64,000 nt of DNA from Phoronis australis (GCA_002633005.1 NMRA01000177.1:697942-761941); one strand, 5' to 3'; counted from the first letter of the stretch, positions 26,691-41,600 are shown. Notes: generated by a model not told the origin, from the sequence alone. Program-made: numbers and translations.

Positions 26691-29600
26691 ATGTCAGCGC
26701 CTGTGGTGAAATGGATTTGCCGACGTTTGACAAATTTATTGGGCTTTGAAGCTACTGAAGATGTTGCTAGGTGTGTGAATTAACGACGCGTAATTATACT
26801 CTCTGTACGATGCATACTTTGATGATAGATTTAACCGGACACAATTGACTAAAGCACCTGAACTGTTTCACATCCGTGACTAACTTTTCAGTATTGCACA
26901 ACATGGTGAAGACGAAGTGGAACTGAAAGATTTGGTAGCCTTAGTCTAGGAACCATATTGGTTCCTAGCCTTAGTTCAAAGCTGTGTATTGAATATAAAG
27001 CTTTGCGCAGATGTGGATACTGTCATTACTGTAATTGAAAACTGCACTCTTCCTTGAGTAAACAAAATTATTTACTGGTGTTACAGAAAAATGACGTTCT
27101 ATCGAATCTATCGTTATTCGACTGCTTAAGTTGTCGAACAGAGATGGCTGTGTGGGGTTTTGGCGCCATGAAATATAGAGTCACCTATTGGTCACTTTTT
27201 TATCAATCCTTCTGTCAACTGTTCTTCTTCCTCGAGGTTCCTAATGTGTCTCAACAAATTATCACAACTGGATTCTTTTCTTTGTATCTTTTGTATTTTA
27301 ATAAGCAAACCGAACAGAGTTTGTTGCTCCGAAGGTGCCATCATCTCCCGAGAGATGTCGCTAAAAATTAGGAAATGGCACGTGCATGTGTTCTGAGTGT
27401 AGGCCTACTGTTTTCAAAACGACAATGGACTTTTCTTTGTTTCAAAAGGTGGAGAATTATGGAAGAAAATGATGTTTATTAGATTGTTTTTTCACTTAAA
27501 TGGCTGCAACGGACAAGGTGAGTGTTGGTCCACTCTCAGATTTTGCGTGCACCCCCGCCGGTCGCTAGCTCTACATAAGTTTCACGATGAGGTGATGAGC
27601 ATAACTATCCAGGCGGTGTGAAATTTCAAAGTCTATTGTCCAGCTTAACATAATGGTTATAGTAGCTGTATTTTGACAATATAGCCTTCATACAGTTAGC
27701 TAGCTGGCTAACCTAACAGCTGCCGTATCTGGTTTTATTTTTGCCTGCATACTGTAGGTGAAAATCTGTTATTTTTAAAGGTATATTCTGGCCATAGAAG
27801 ATAAACAGGACCTTGAAGACTACTTATTGGAGCTGCTTGATGGAGGAGTTCCTGAGAACAGAACTTTCGTCAACCAAGTGCTGGCAAAGTGGACCCCTCC
27901 ACAGAGAGCTGTGGAAGTCCCACTTGAGGCTAAGGTACTCCCAACTAGTAATGTGATTGCCTATGCTTGGCATAATGCCAACTGGCCAAATGCGACCTGG
28001 CAAAATTCCCAGGTTGTCAAATGCGAAATGAGGTTTCTAAAACAACAACCCCTATGCTTAGCATATTGCCAACTGTCCTATGTTCCCGGGCAAAATTCTC
28101 TGGTTGTCAAATGCAAAATGATTTCTCTGAAACAAGGACACCCCTTTGCGCGCTGAATCCTTGGTGGGATAGGGCCATGGTGAAAACTTGACGTTGCTAT
28201 TAGCGTAGGTGAAGGGAAAATTTTTAAGTATTTTCATTGTTCATTGGCTCCTTTTTTCAATGCACAAACCTACTGTAATTGGCACAGGTTTCTGAAACAG
28301 TGATAGTTTTACAATTTTACGTCATGGTAAATGTACTGGAAAACAAATGCATAAAACATGGACCAAAAATGAGCTCTAATGTCCGTGATACAAATCAAAG
28401 CTCGGCACTAATGACTGTCTGACTGTCTTGGACAAGTAAACTTGTGATGCTGTTAATAAGTATTTACATACACGCGATGCTTAGTGAGAGGGAGAGAGAC
28501 CAGAAATCAAAACAGTTGGAGCTCAAATGAACCATGCTGAGCGTTACCTCAATAGAAATATTGGTTCATTTGAGCTCCAACTGTTTTGATGTCTGGTCTC
28601 TCCCTTTCACTACCAGTATATGCATTTTGACGTGTACCTGTACAGTCTCTTCTCTACCTGTGTCGCCTGTTTTGAGTCGGTGAACTGTTTCCTTGACAAT
28701 GATTTAGAGTAATAAACCGAAACGTTGGATAGATATATCGTTATTTACTTACACGCTAATTTTAAAGTTCGTGCTTCTGTTCTGGCCTAAATCAAATGCG
28801 AATCCTTGGAACAAAAATTTGCCAGGTCTCCTTTCTCGAGTTGGTCACGCTACACAAGCATCCTTAATTTCTGATTGTCAACAGTACACTATATATAATT
28901 AGTATTGTATATAGTGAATTGGCGACGATAGAAGCTAAGGACACTTGTGTCACATTAGAGAATAGACATTGAAAAATAAATAAGAATAGGTACCCCTAAA
29001 CTGCTGAAAACGATTAATGATTTAAAACTTTGTCAAGGTGAAATAGAGTTGTCAGGTAGTGACGCGATAATTAACTTTTGATGCCATGCTTGCAATAAGG
29101 GATAACCTGATAATCTGTTGCCATACCGACTACAGTTCTGTTGCCATACCGACTACAGTTCTGTTACCATACCGACTACAGTTCTGTTGCCATACCGACT
29201 ACAGTTCTGTTGCCATACCGACTACAGTTCTGTTGCCATACCGACTACAGTTCTGTTGCCATACCGACTATAGTTCTGTTGCCATACTGACTACAGTTCT
29301 GCTTTTTGGTCGAATATGGTGTACTGTTTGTAGAACAATGAAAATAGACTTATTGTTGGAAGTTGTCGTCGAAGTTTACCAAACGTGAATCGTACTGATT
29401 GGTCAGTTGGCGAGGTGACATTTGATGTTCAGATCAAAAGTGTAAATAATGGGAATGCTGACTTGAGTAACACTTCTATATGTTGGCAGCAAATGTTCTG
29501 TGCTGTTGAACAACACACTGGAATCTGCCAATTCTAGTTTCTTCAGAGTCCGCTCATGCGTTCGGAATCACCCACTTGTATAGGCACACAAGAATGAAGA

Positions 29601-32600
29601 GAACATAAACACATCAATACAAATACATCAAATACATTGATTTATTACTGGGTCTTCGATCAGACTCATCCATCATCGTCAAAGGAGAGAAATCACAAGC
29701 AACTGTCTCGAAAACATAGACACGTGTGAAAAAACGCAAACACGTAGAGACACCTTCCGATGCTGCTGAGAGCAAACACAAGGGACTAAGCAGTCAATGT
29801 GAATATGCGGTCTTGCCTAATGTGTGTTCACGGTTTGTGCACCTTAAGCACTGATTTTTAAATTTGAGTGAACAACCAAGACAAGGGGAAAGGACAGGGT
29901 CTGGTCTTCCATTTTCAAAAACGGAGAAATCATATTGGTGATACATAATTCTGTTTTTTATCATTTTTCATTCAGTCATATTACTATTTCAAAGTGGTTA
30001 ATGGCACAAGAGTAAGACTCAAGGTTGAAATGCACCCACTACTGCACGGATAGTTCTTGGCATTATTAAAATGGCCGCTAGATAAGAATGCGTTGAACAT
30101 GTATGAAAATGTGAAAGCATCGTTGTCTCCTTGATAGAAAAGTGTTTGCCACATTTCATAAAAATCTGTCAAGGAAATATAAAGATACACAGGCCAATTT
30201 TAAAAATGTAAAATGCCAATAGGAGGCACAACAGTAATCAGATCGCTCTACCTGTCGTCGAGTTCATAGGCATGCACTTGATCAAATTTCACAAAGAAGC
30301 CACGGGGTTTAGGAGATACAGCCACAGATGCGAAAATGCAACTAGGGGTCACCACCGTAGTCGCACTCTTCTGAAAATCACCACTCATGCTCTTGTCAGT
30401 AGGATCGCATTTACTTATTTTCATAATGATCCTATGAGCTGTTGGGTGCATACAGAGTTGGGCAACAAAAACAGACTAATAGCGAAAGCAACGTAAAGTG
30501 TTGAAATGCATCCCTGACTATACAGGAGTGTGTGTCATTCCAACTGATTACATAGAAGTCTTTGGCGAAGCTACAATCGGCAGAAGCCATTTTTTATGCG
30601 CCCACATATTTATATGTGGACGCATTATGCCGTCATCTCCGTCCGGGCGGCGTCCGCTGCTCTATCTCCAAAACCCTTTGACATACATTCATGAAATTTG
30701 GCACACATGTTCCATTCATGAATGGGACGGCATGAGCGAACTTTCGGACGGATCCGAGTACCAGTGTGCCCCAGATTTTCATGAAATTTAATATGTAGGC
30801 ACCTATTAGTGAGATGACGCTATCCTCCCGTTTTCTGATGGATTTGACGTAATTTGCGCTACCTAGTGGCCATTTTTACTGTTTTTGAGTCTGTTTTTTT
30901 GTGTCCACCCCTCTATCAACCAAACTGCTCAAAGGATGATTGTGAAAATTGGCATGTATGTGCTTACTATAAAAAGGACGGTTGACGATGATTTTTCGAC
31001 GATTTTGACTACTGTGGCACCTCCTAGTGGCAGTTTTGTTTTTGTTGCGTCTATGGCTGTATCTCCCAAAGCAATTTAGCAAGTGTATTTATATGATGTT
31101 GACTACAGATGACGACGACTTTTGGACAGATCTGAATGCTGCTGTGCCCCCTAGTTGCAATTATAGTTTTTTTACGTTGAACTCAGTATCTTCAAAGGTC
31201 CTCAACAGATTTTCATAAAATTTTAAGTATAGGCATTTAATGGTGTGACGACAATTTCATTTTATTCTGTTTTCCTTTGTTTCTCTGAAGTTCCTTGACA
31301 GATTTTTATGAAATATGGGAAGTTCCTGTTTTTGGATGGATTTTATGTTTTTGCGCCATCTCGTAACCATTTTTATTATACAAATAAATAACCCTAAAAG
31401 CACACCATTTGCAATGCATTCGTGGCTGCATTTCAACGCTCCGCGTTGCTCTTGTTTTCCAACAGGGCATGACCTGCGTAAATGTATAACAATTTCAAAA
31501 CAAAAGTTTCACACTGATTTTCAAAGATTTATCGTGTGGTTTTTTCTAGGTTTTCATCATGTTTTCAAAAAAAATGTAGAGTTTTTTCAAATGGATTGCA
31601 GCAATAACTGTGTACATTTAATGTGCAGGTTTACAGAAAGAAGGAAGCTGAAGACTTCATACCTGCCGCTAAGGACAAGGTCAGCTCTGCTGGTGGTACT
31701 GCCAGACAAAAGGTATGGATGACAGAATAAATGTATGGATGGCAGTAGATATCAAACAACAGTGGGTGGCTGGATTTTGCTTATTTTTAGTGGAGCATTT
31801 GAAGGGATCAGACTGATGCATTCTGTAGACACATGCTTAAACGTCCTTAAATTATGATTTGAGAAGTCAGAAAAATATGATGGACAAATCTCCCAGCCCT
31901 AATGTTGCAGACTACAAGCAATACATTCTATAAATAGACAGCTTAGTAGAGTCACGCCTGTTGACGAGGTGACAATTTTGATTAGTTGTTGTGAGATCCA
32001 CATGGTTGCAGCAACATTGCAACAGTTGGGGAAATAGAATCTTATGGTGATTTGTAATATTTTGCGACAGATGTTATGAGATTAAAAGGGCCAATGCGAT
32101 ATTCATTTTCTAACCAGCTAAACGTGGTGAAATGCATCTTTGATGAATATTCGTGTCGAAAGTCATTGAGTAAAGATTGATCAAGTTATGAATGATAACA
32201 CTGGTTTTTCCGTGAAAACTCTCAGGTCAAGTCGAGCCTTACCCAGGATGATGTACTGCCCTCTAGTGAGACTGGGGCAAGAAAAAAGAGCAAGTACGTT
32301 GCGCTCTACAGTCAAGAAGGAGTGGAGAAGACCACAGTGATGCTGAAAGGTCAGTCAGGGATGAGAAACCCAGAATTACAAATCGGGCTCAAAATGATTT
32401 ACCTTTACCCATTCATTTTATCAGTTTGCAAACAGTTTCACCAACATCTAAGTCACATTTTCATTTGTTCATATTGTCAACTTTTATATCATGAATACAC
32501 AATTTGAAAAAGTTCAGGTGAATGGTAGTTAAACTGTTAATTATTTCTTTTGGAAAATTTTGATTCTGAGAGGTCTAGTACACCAGGTTGGTACTCATAC

Positions 32601-35600
32601 CTTGTAATAACATTACATTGGCTGCTCAGCAAATTAAAAATGTCTGCCTTAGGTTTGCGTAAGACCTTATCGACAACTCTGTGTATGTTGCCAAGTATTA
32701 GCAAAACTATAGATTTTAACCCCGTAAAAATGCACATTTTCTGAAAGTAGAAAGCCTGTAAACATTATACCAATGTCCCACTGAGTGATGTGGCTTTGAC
32801 TTTTTAGTAAAATTTAAGCAAAAGAGAAAGATACGTTCATAGCAAAACAACGGTAACAATGCAACAAAATTTCATTAGATATAAATTTTCAAGATGAAAT
32901 CTCACAAATGGTGGTACATTTTTTACGTATTCTGTTTCTATTTTATGCAACTTTTGAGTTTTATCCAAACACTTTGGAGAACAATACACAAAGCATAATA
33001 TCTGAAAGTTATCCAGTCAGCCCTTTCTGATGTATGATGTTCCAAAAATAGTCAAGTTTGGACATTTTCCTATGGTCCTACGTATCCTCCTTTAAACTTT
33101 CTCTGTTCATTGCAGGACGGCATGTCTGCGAGTGCCAGTGCAGGAAACACAAGTTGATTAGCAACTGTCTGAAGTGTGGCCGTGTTGTCTGTGAACAGGA
33201 GGGCTCTGGACCCTGCTTGTTCTGTGGAACTTTAGTAAGGGATCATTGTTACCAATACAAACGTTTATAAAAAATAATTGCGTGCGGTCTGGCACACGTT
33301 GTACCAGACATGCACTAGCTGCTCAGGTGGGCTCATTGCACTGATCACCTGGATCCATTTTGATGCTTTATTTATATATGATTAAAACCAAGCTGAGGAG
33401 CTAGAGACATGACTCAATGGTCTAGCAATGTGCTCCAGTGGAACTTGAACCTAAGATCTTGAGTAACGAAAGTGGATACTTATCCTGCTACGCTGCACTG
33501 CAGTTATCAAAATAAACTAGACAACGTCAGTTTGATGTAGCCTTTACTTTTGCAGCTTAGCATCTACTTTGGTTTAGAATGAGACATTTAATTTCAGCTA
33601 AATGTTGTCGACACATCTTGTGTCAGGTTTTAATCTTTCAATTCGAAAATATTTTTGATATATTCCGTTCTTCTTTGGTACAAACTTAAAATACATATCT
33701 ATTGTTCTGTGCCTGAGAATATTGTAGATTATGCAAATGAGTGCGTAGCTCAAATTTGGACTTAATGACCCCTAAACTCCAGCTGCAAACTCTTGTAAAA
33801 ACCCCAAGTTTTGAGTAAAAAGATTAGATTCCGAGCACAGATATGTAAAATTTGTGCCTGTGTATCTAGTTATTTATTGTTGCATTTGGCATGTAAAGTG
33901 CATGTCTGTTGACTTCAGTTTTCAATATGAGCAGACTTGTTGCTCTTTCCAAGCCCGGGGGCCTTTTTCATGAAAGTGTTTTGAAACTAAAGTCAGAAGT
34001 TTGATCCCAGCACCCTCGATGACTCGATTTTGCAGCCGAATATTGACTCCTTTCCCGTATGAAATGTATTTAAAAGTCATGCGAAATTCCCCTCATGAGG
34101 CCCAAAAGTTTCCTTACAGTGATAAAAAAGTTGAGTGGTAGAATTTGAAATTGGCTGCTTAAGGCATTGCTGACGAGGGGTAGTGATTGAGTGATGTAAT
34201 TTGAAATTAGTGGTAACTAAGAGGTATTTCTGCTCAAGAAAAGTTCCCCTCAGAAGGCACAGGCACCTTTCTCCTCAAGTGACTGGTTGTCAAGCTGTTG
34301 TCGACCTGCCGGACAAATATTCGTGATGTGTGCTGTAAGTTCAGGGAATCGTAGCTGTTGTATGTTGCTCGTTTATAACCAAGACGGTGCATTTGTTGCA
34401 GTATGTGACATCAAACTGTTTCATCCCCGTTGTAAAACCAATGCCTTCACAACCNCCCAAGTTTTGAGTAAAAAGATTAGATTCCGAGCACAGATATGTA
34501 AAATTTGTGCCTGTGTATCTAGTTATTTATTGTTACATTTGGCATGTAAAGTGCATGTCTGTTGACATCAGTTTTCAATATGAGCAGACTTGTCGCTCTT
34601 TCCAAGCCCGGGGGCCTTTTTCATGAAAAGTGTTTTGAAACTAGAGTCAGAAGTTTGATCCCAGCACCCTCGATGACTCGATTTTGCAGCCGAATATTGA
34701 CTCCTTTCCCGTATGAAATGTAATTAAAAGTCATGCAAAATTCCCCTCATGAGGCCCAAAAGTTTCCTTACAGTGATAAAAAAGTTGAGTGGTAGAATTT
34801 GAAATTGGCTGCTTAAGGCATTGCTGACGAGGGGTAGTGATTGAGTGATGTAATTTGAAATTAGTGGTAACTAAGAGGTATTTCTGCTCAAGAAAAGTTC
34901 CCCTCAGAAGGCACAGGCACCTTTCTCCTCAAGTGACTGGTTGTCAAGCTGTTGTCGACCTGCCGGACAAATATTCGTGATGTGTGCTGTAAGTTCAGGG
35001 AATCGTAGCTGTTGTATGTTGCTCGTTTATAACCAAGACGGTGCATTTGTTGCAGTATGTGACATCAAACTGTTTCATCCCCGTTGTAAAACCAATGCCT
35101 TCACAACCACCCACTCTGCTCATCTATAGGTATGTACCAGGGAAGAGCGCGAGGTTTTATCACGTGGCTCTAAGAAGAGCGAGAAACTATATCAGCTTCT
35201 TACCAACAGCAAGCCTGAACTTGACACAGCGGTAAATCGCAAGAACAGATTGTTGGAGTATGACAGAACCTCGTAAGTGATCATGGGTTAAAAGTTGTCA
35301 GTGACATTGCATCTAGTACATGTATTCTCAAGTCAACTAGTTACATTGAATTACAATTGTGAACAGACATCAGTGGTCAGTCGCGGACTATCATTCTGTG
35401 CCACAAGTTTAATTTTCATAAGGATGCATCTTTCATAGCAGTTGAGAGCCCATGTTTACTCGATTACAAAATTTCCGATGAGCATCATGATGGGGTCACA
35501 TGAAACTCTTCAAATGCCTAGTTTTTCTGTACATGGCATAAGCAGATTGACTACTATATCAGAGACCATGGCCAATACTATGATCGGCTAACAATGATCA

Positions 35601-38600
35601 ATAATTAAGAAACTGTCAAGATACTGTACTCTCTACAAATACTTCCGTGCGGCAAACATTTTTTTTCTGACGCTTGCAAGCAGAATTTATTTTAAAATGA
35701 AAATATTGGTGTGCCAAATTTTGTAGAAGTAGGCAGTGATGGTAAACATGTTTATTTTACCTTACCTTATTTGCTAAATTAGAAGATGTGCTGTGGAGTC
35801 AACAACAATGCATGTTGTCACAAGTCGACATCGGTGTCTGGCTGAAGAGTATGAACATATTTGCCTAGCTGTGTCACTCAGATCAAAGAATTTTCACATA
35901 TGAAATACCGAATTTTCATGCTTGCCCTCCGCCACCGTGTGGATCCAGATACCTTGACATGTGTGTAATGCATTGGCCACAATCAATTTATGGTGTGGGG
36001 CGAAAAGCACAAGTCATTTACTTGGTAGGGTAGGATCTAGAATGGACACTTGTTGGGACCAGCTGAATACCTGGCGACATCTGCCCAATAGACGAATGAA
36101 TTTTAATCAATGGTTTGCAACAAGTTTCCTGTCAACTCGCTTTTTGTTGTGACAGTGTGAGGCGAACTCAAGTGATCGATGACGAGGCAGACTACTTCAC
36201 GACCGACTCCAACCAGTGGTTGAGTAAAGACGAAAAACATGCTTTGCAAAAACGGGAACAGGAGTTGCGCGAAAAACGTCACGCTTCGCGGCTGGACCGG
36301 AAGGTCACGCTAGACTTTGCCGGTCGACGTGTGCTGGAGGACAGTGAAACTGTGAACGTCTACAATCCTAAGGACGAAGTTGTGCTGCAGGTCTATAACA
36401 AAATGAACCCCGAGTTGTCTGGCGACAGGCTTGTCAATCCTTCACTATCACGAGAAGGGCCAGTGGTAGGTGGTGGTATAATTGTTGAATTATACAACTT
36501 GTCAGAGCTTAGAGCATGCAGTTTTGACAGTTAATTAGTTATACTTAGGGGGACAGGCATGTTGACGTGTCTGAGACTACAATTATCATTTGTCGAGCAA
36601 GTGAATTGTTAACAGCCATTCTTCAAATCAGCATTTCAAAAAAGCATGTCACAGTTTTCATTTCAAATTTCCAAAACTGGAAAATTCTCGATAAACATTT
36701 TGCATTACCCATGCTATAAGTCGGTCTCCTTATAAAAGTCTTCTGATGTAGATCACTCTTTGTTTTAAAATTTAAAAAAATAATCAAATTGTCAACTTTT
36801 TGTGAAGTCCTTTCGCATTTCATTTACTAACCTTTGACCTGTCCATTTCCAACCCATAAAAGTATACTAATAACATATGTTTTAGAATCCTTGATGACTG
36901 AGAGATCTTAATTCATACCTTAAAATGTGAGACAATCACTTGTAAGCACGTGACCGCCATTTTTGTTGGAAATCATGTTTACTTTTAACGTAAATTTCTA
37001 ACGCGTAACTTGCAGGAGAATTTATGTTTTAGCTGTATGTGTTCTTATTGGCAATACTTAGTGAGAGATCCCAGATTTTTATTTTAACCTCAAAATCAAT
37101 AATCGGAGAAATGGTTCCCATGGCAACAGACTATATTATAATTGCGCAAAATTTCATGCGAATCAACGTACTCTGTACAGAGTAATTGATGTTCAAAACT
37201 GTTAAAATTGCTGAAAATCATCAGCCCTGAAAATGGCTGAGGAAGATATACCGCAAAATTGAAGGTTTATTTTGATTGGCATTGGAACAAAAAGTTAGTT
37301 TTATGTGGTAATATTGTGAAAATTGCATTTTTGAAAAAAATCCAGTCGACCCCTCTGCCATTTACTTGAATTTTAGAAATTATTTCTGTGCTTAGGAAGA
37401 ATTAACACATCGCTTGGATTTTGAGTGATGGCTTAACTGACCAATCAGAACGCAGCATTTTTGACACACGTTCATTTCCAAGCCACCATTTTACCTGACA
37501 CACAACACATTACTGGGTGAAACTTATTGTTTGTTTGTCAATATTTCGCAAGGGGGTGCAGCTTGCGATATGTCAATTGACATCTCATTATTGGTATATA
37601 ATGAGACATGCTTTGACTTAATAAGGTTAATAGTGGCTATGGTCTAAGTTTTGATGTATTAAGATATTTGCGTACACAATCAGTAGTAAGTCTCTAATAA
37701 ATCGGCCGAAATATTTCATCATTGAGATTGCTATATTTGTTGTTGTTTTAGTTTGTTGACGCCACTTCTAAGCTGAAGAAGAAGAAGAAGACTAATAGTG
37801 TTGACTCCTCTCCTGAGAAGAGGTCACACATGCGTCTTCAGGATGCTGACCTGCATGAGATGTCTGATGAAGGCATGTGTCTGAGTATGCACCAGCCGTG
37901 GGCCTCGCTCCTCGTGCGTGGGATAAAACTGTGAGTTTCAATTGAACAATGAATTTCTAACTACAGTACGGTAATCCTTCAACTAGTTAGCACTCAAGAT
38001 GGCAAGCATGTGAAATTTCATTTTGTTGTTAAGTTGTTTACGTAACAACAGAAGTGTGGTGTTGTTAGAGTTGTAAAGTTTGATTCTTATTGTCCTGTGA
38101 TGTCAACTTTTTTAATTAATGTGAGAAGCTGTGAGAGAAGGTGTTGACATATGATTACTTAACATGATTGCTATTCTGAAGTGTCAAAGGCGGAGTTAAA
38201 ATGGTACAAAGAACTGAATGTAAACATAAGATAAGTTTCTTGAGAGGATGTTTAATGCGTTCCATACAACACAACAAGAGACCCTAGACTTAGCTGGTTC
38301 CAGTTTAAGTTGTTGAGGAGGATTTTGCCTACGAATTTCTTTCTAAAACTAATTCAAGTTACAAATGATGACTCTTGCCTTCTGTGGACAATATACAGAA
38401 ACTTTGAAGCACTTGTTTTGGGGCTGTGAAACCGTGAACCTATTTTGATGTGAAGACGTTGATTTTTTGGACGGATGTGACAACTTTGGCACCTCTTAGT
38501 GGTGATTTTGTGTTTTTAGCATCCTCGGCTGTATCTCCTTTGAAAGATCTTTGAAATTTTGCGGGTGTTTTCTATAGATGTGACTATGGCTGCCTACGAC

Positions 38601-41600
38601 CTTTCAACAGTTCTCACTACTGCTGTGCCTTCTAGTGGCAATTTTAGTTTTTAGGTTTGCCTTTGCATCTTCAAAGATTTTTGACAGTTTTTAGTGCGCC
38701 ACTTAGTGGCCATTTTGACACTAAGTAACACCCCTAGAAGCACACTCTTTGCATTGCAGCCGTGGGCGCATTTCAACACTCTTGTTTGTTGTAAAGGTAA
38801 ATGCCGTCCATCCTTCACTGGTATCATTTTACATAAAAACTCGTGTTCTTCCGTAGACATGAAGGTCGTACCTGGTTCACAACCCACAGAGGCAGATTGT
38901 GGATTGCTGCCACGGCCAAGAAGCCGTCACCGGAGGAAATAGTGGCGTTGGAACGACAATATCTGCTCATGTATCCAGGTAAGATTGTAGTGATGTTGCT
39001 GAGCGGTGCTTCATAAGTCTGGGGACCTCGGCAAGAAACAAGAGGTGCCCAGTGGCTGGGTTGCAAGTTGGCAAACTACAGAGCTTAAATTGAACGCTGG
39101 CTAAGGCTTGGCATTATTTTGCCAGTAGTCATTGCCTGCCAACAAGATACACGCCTTTGTCTTTCACCTCGATTTTTGTTTTTTTTGCAATTTTTGTGAT
39201 TTCTGCATTGGGGCATTACGATTTGTGTACCAGCACCAGCCCAAACTTCTTGCTGTGACTGGTGAACATAGGGTCTAGAGCAGTATGGAGATCCACCCTG
39301 TTGATGGGCACCCATGTGCGAGTGCTTTTGTGTTCATATTTTATGTAAATGTGATAGAAGGGTTTGGAAAATGTTAGATTAATGCAAAATATTATGATTT
39401 AATGAACATTGCAAACTTACATTTATCTCAGCATGCAAAATTTAGGTTAGTACAATAAGTACTTCTGAATGAAACGTAATCAATTCTAGGGACAAAAAAA
39501 TGCGTTTTCAGGATTATTGTTGGGTAGGGTAGACTTTTTGAAGCTAAGAACTTTGACCAGAGGTATAGAAGAGCAAAATCGGTTGCGTTTTAATGATTTT
39601 TTAAAAGTTGACCTTTCCATTCAGTCATTCAGTAAAGTTAACTGAATATGCTTAAAATAAATACCGGACTCATTGGCCTCACCAGATTTTAGCTCTAATG
39701 CAAAAGGGAAAACTTTGGACTGCAAGAGATGAGGTTGTGGGTTTGAATGCGTGTTAGGACTGATGTGAAGTACGCAGTGTTGTAATAATTTCAATTGAAT
39801 GTGCTAATACTNTCTTGCTGTGACTGGTGAACATAGGGTCTAGAGCAGTATGGAGATCCACCCTGTTGATGGGCACCCATGTGTGAGTGCTTTTGTGTTC
39901 ATATTTTATGTAAATGTGATAGAAGGGTTTGGAAAATGTTAGATTAATGCAAAATATTTTGATTTAATGAACATTGCAAACTTACATTTATCTCAGCATG
40001 CAAAATTTAGGTTAGTACAATAAGTAATTCTGAATGAAACGTAATCAATTCTAGGGACAAAAAAATGCGTTTTCAGGATTATTGTTGGGTAGGGTAGACT
40101 TTTTGAAGCTAAGAACTTTGACCAGAGGTATAGAAGAGCAAAATCGGTTGCGTTTTAATGATTTTTTAAAAGTTGACCTTTCCATTCAGTCATTCAGTAA
40201 AGTTAACTGAATATGCTTAAAATAAATACCGGACTCATTGGCCTCACCAGATTTTAGCTCTAATGCAAAAGGGAAAACTTTGGACTGCAAGAGATGAGGT
40301 TGTGGGTTTGAATGCGTGTTAGGACTGATGTGAAGTACGCAGTGTTGTAATAATTTCAATTGAATGTGCTAATACTCATTTCAGACAAAGAGCTAGATTT
40401 CCCCACAGAGTATCCGATCGGCTGCCTATTGGGTTGTGTGGACGTAAAAGACTGTTTACCACAAGAGGAATATGAGAAACAGGTAAAATCTCGTTGTTGA
40501 AACTGTAAATATACACGGTTAATATTGAGGTGTTGTGGGTGATATATCACTGGCGTCGCTGGTCTCGTTATGTGTAACGTATTTAGGTAGCCCCTTGACT
40601 AAATTTTAGAAAGTCTGAGAGTTTGGTGACTGATATGAAATATCCAAATCACCTTATTCATCATATGGAACTCCCAATGCCAATTAGATCAGTTTCTGTT
40701 TTGTAAAAAATCTTCAAGCAATCCAACTGTCAACACTCAAAGATTTCTCAATGGTAGAGGAATAGCAGTAACTTGAAATGCTTAAATGAAGTTGTGTATT
40801 AAATGCTTTGTCCATTGGTCCTGGACTGAGCAATAGACCAGTGTCAATGACGTTATGGTTTTGTTCACTTTGACAGGACAGACCAGATGTCCTGTTTGTA
40901 TTTTGCATCTTATTTGATTGTACATTGATTTGTTACTCACACTTAATGACCATCTCAGTAGGCAATAAATAAGGAAAGTGTCTACCAATTTGAGACGTAT
41001 TGTACTTACTGGTATTTGGTCTTTTTCATGATTGTTATTATTCTTAATATAATTCTTATAATACAATTATTGTGATTATGATTATGAATATATTATTCCT
41101 TATTGCAGTACCCTCGGGGTGAGTCGGGGTCACCATACGTGTTCATCTGTGAGAACCCACTGGAACTTGTGGTCAAGTTCCCCATGAAAGGCAAACATAA
41201 AATATGTAAGTTTCTTTCCGTCCCATCCTTCCCAGGATTTTCGTTGTTGATCATAACACTAAGACATTGATTTACACCTACCACACTTACAGCCTTCTGA
41301 AATAGGGTCATTAAATGCTCAGTTGACCTGTCATGTTTATTGTCACTGTCAAGATCTCGCCTGCACTGTCTTTGTCAGAAGCACAGATTTTGTAAAGAAG
41401 TTGACCTCAACGATTTTCTTTCCATTGTTCTAGAGGGTACAGTTCATTTGATGCAAACTGGTCAGTCAAAAGAATGTCCTAGGCCTGCTATCTACACCAC
41501 GATACTCTTTCCTTCACATTAAACTAGTATTTAGAATGCAGGTTGAGTTTCGTCAATCAAAAGTTGTCACTGAAGTATAAACAATTCGTAATTTTCAGCC

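Noticed and set aside
29115-29301. CRISPR-like array
   Set aside because: 23-bp units are contiguous with no unique spacers, in a eukaryotic intron with no cas genes; a minisatellite.
32255-32270. CTCF-like motif inside TRIP4 exon 4
   Set aside because: A single occurrence within coding sequence; explainable by chance.
33420-33500. tRNA-like sequence (also at about 39670-39760)
   Set aside because: Only degenerate B-box-like motifs and no cloverleaf; at most old tRNA-derived SINE fragments.
33803-35108. Apparent 650-bp tandem duplication in TRIP4 intron 5
   Set aside because: Near-identical copies meet exactly at a single n (34455); typical unmerged contig or haplotype overlap.
39248-40376. 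Apparent 565-bp tandem duplication in TRIP4 intron 9
   Set aside because: Junction is the single n at 39812; assembly overlap.
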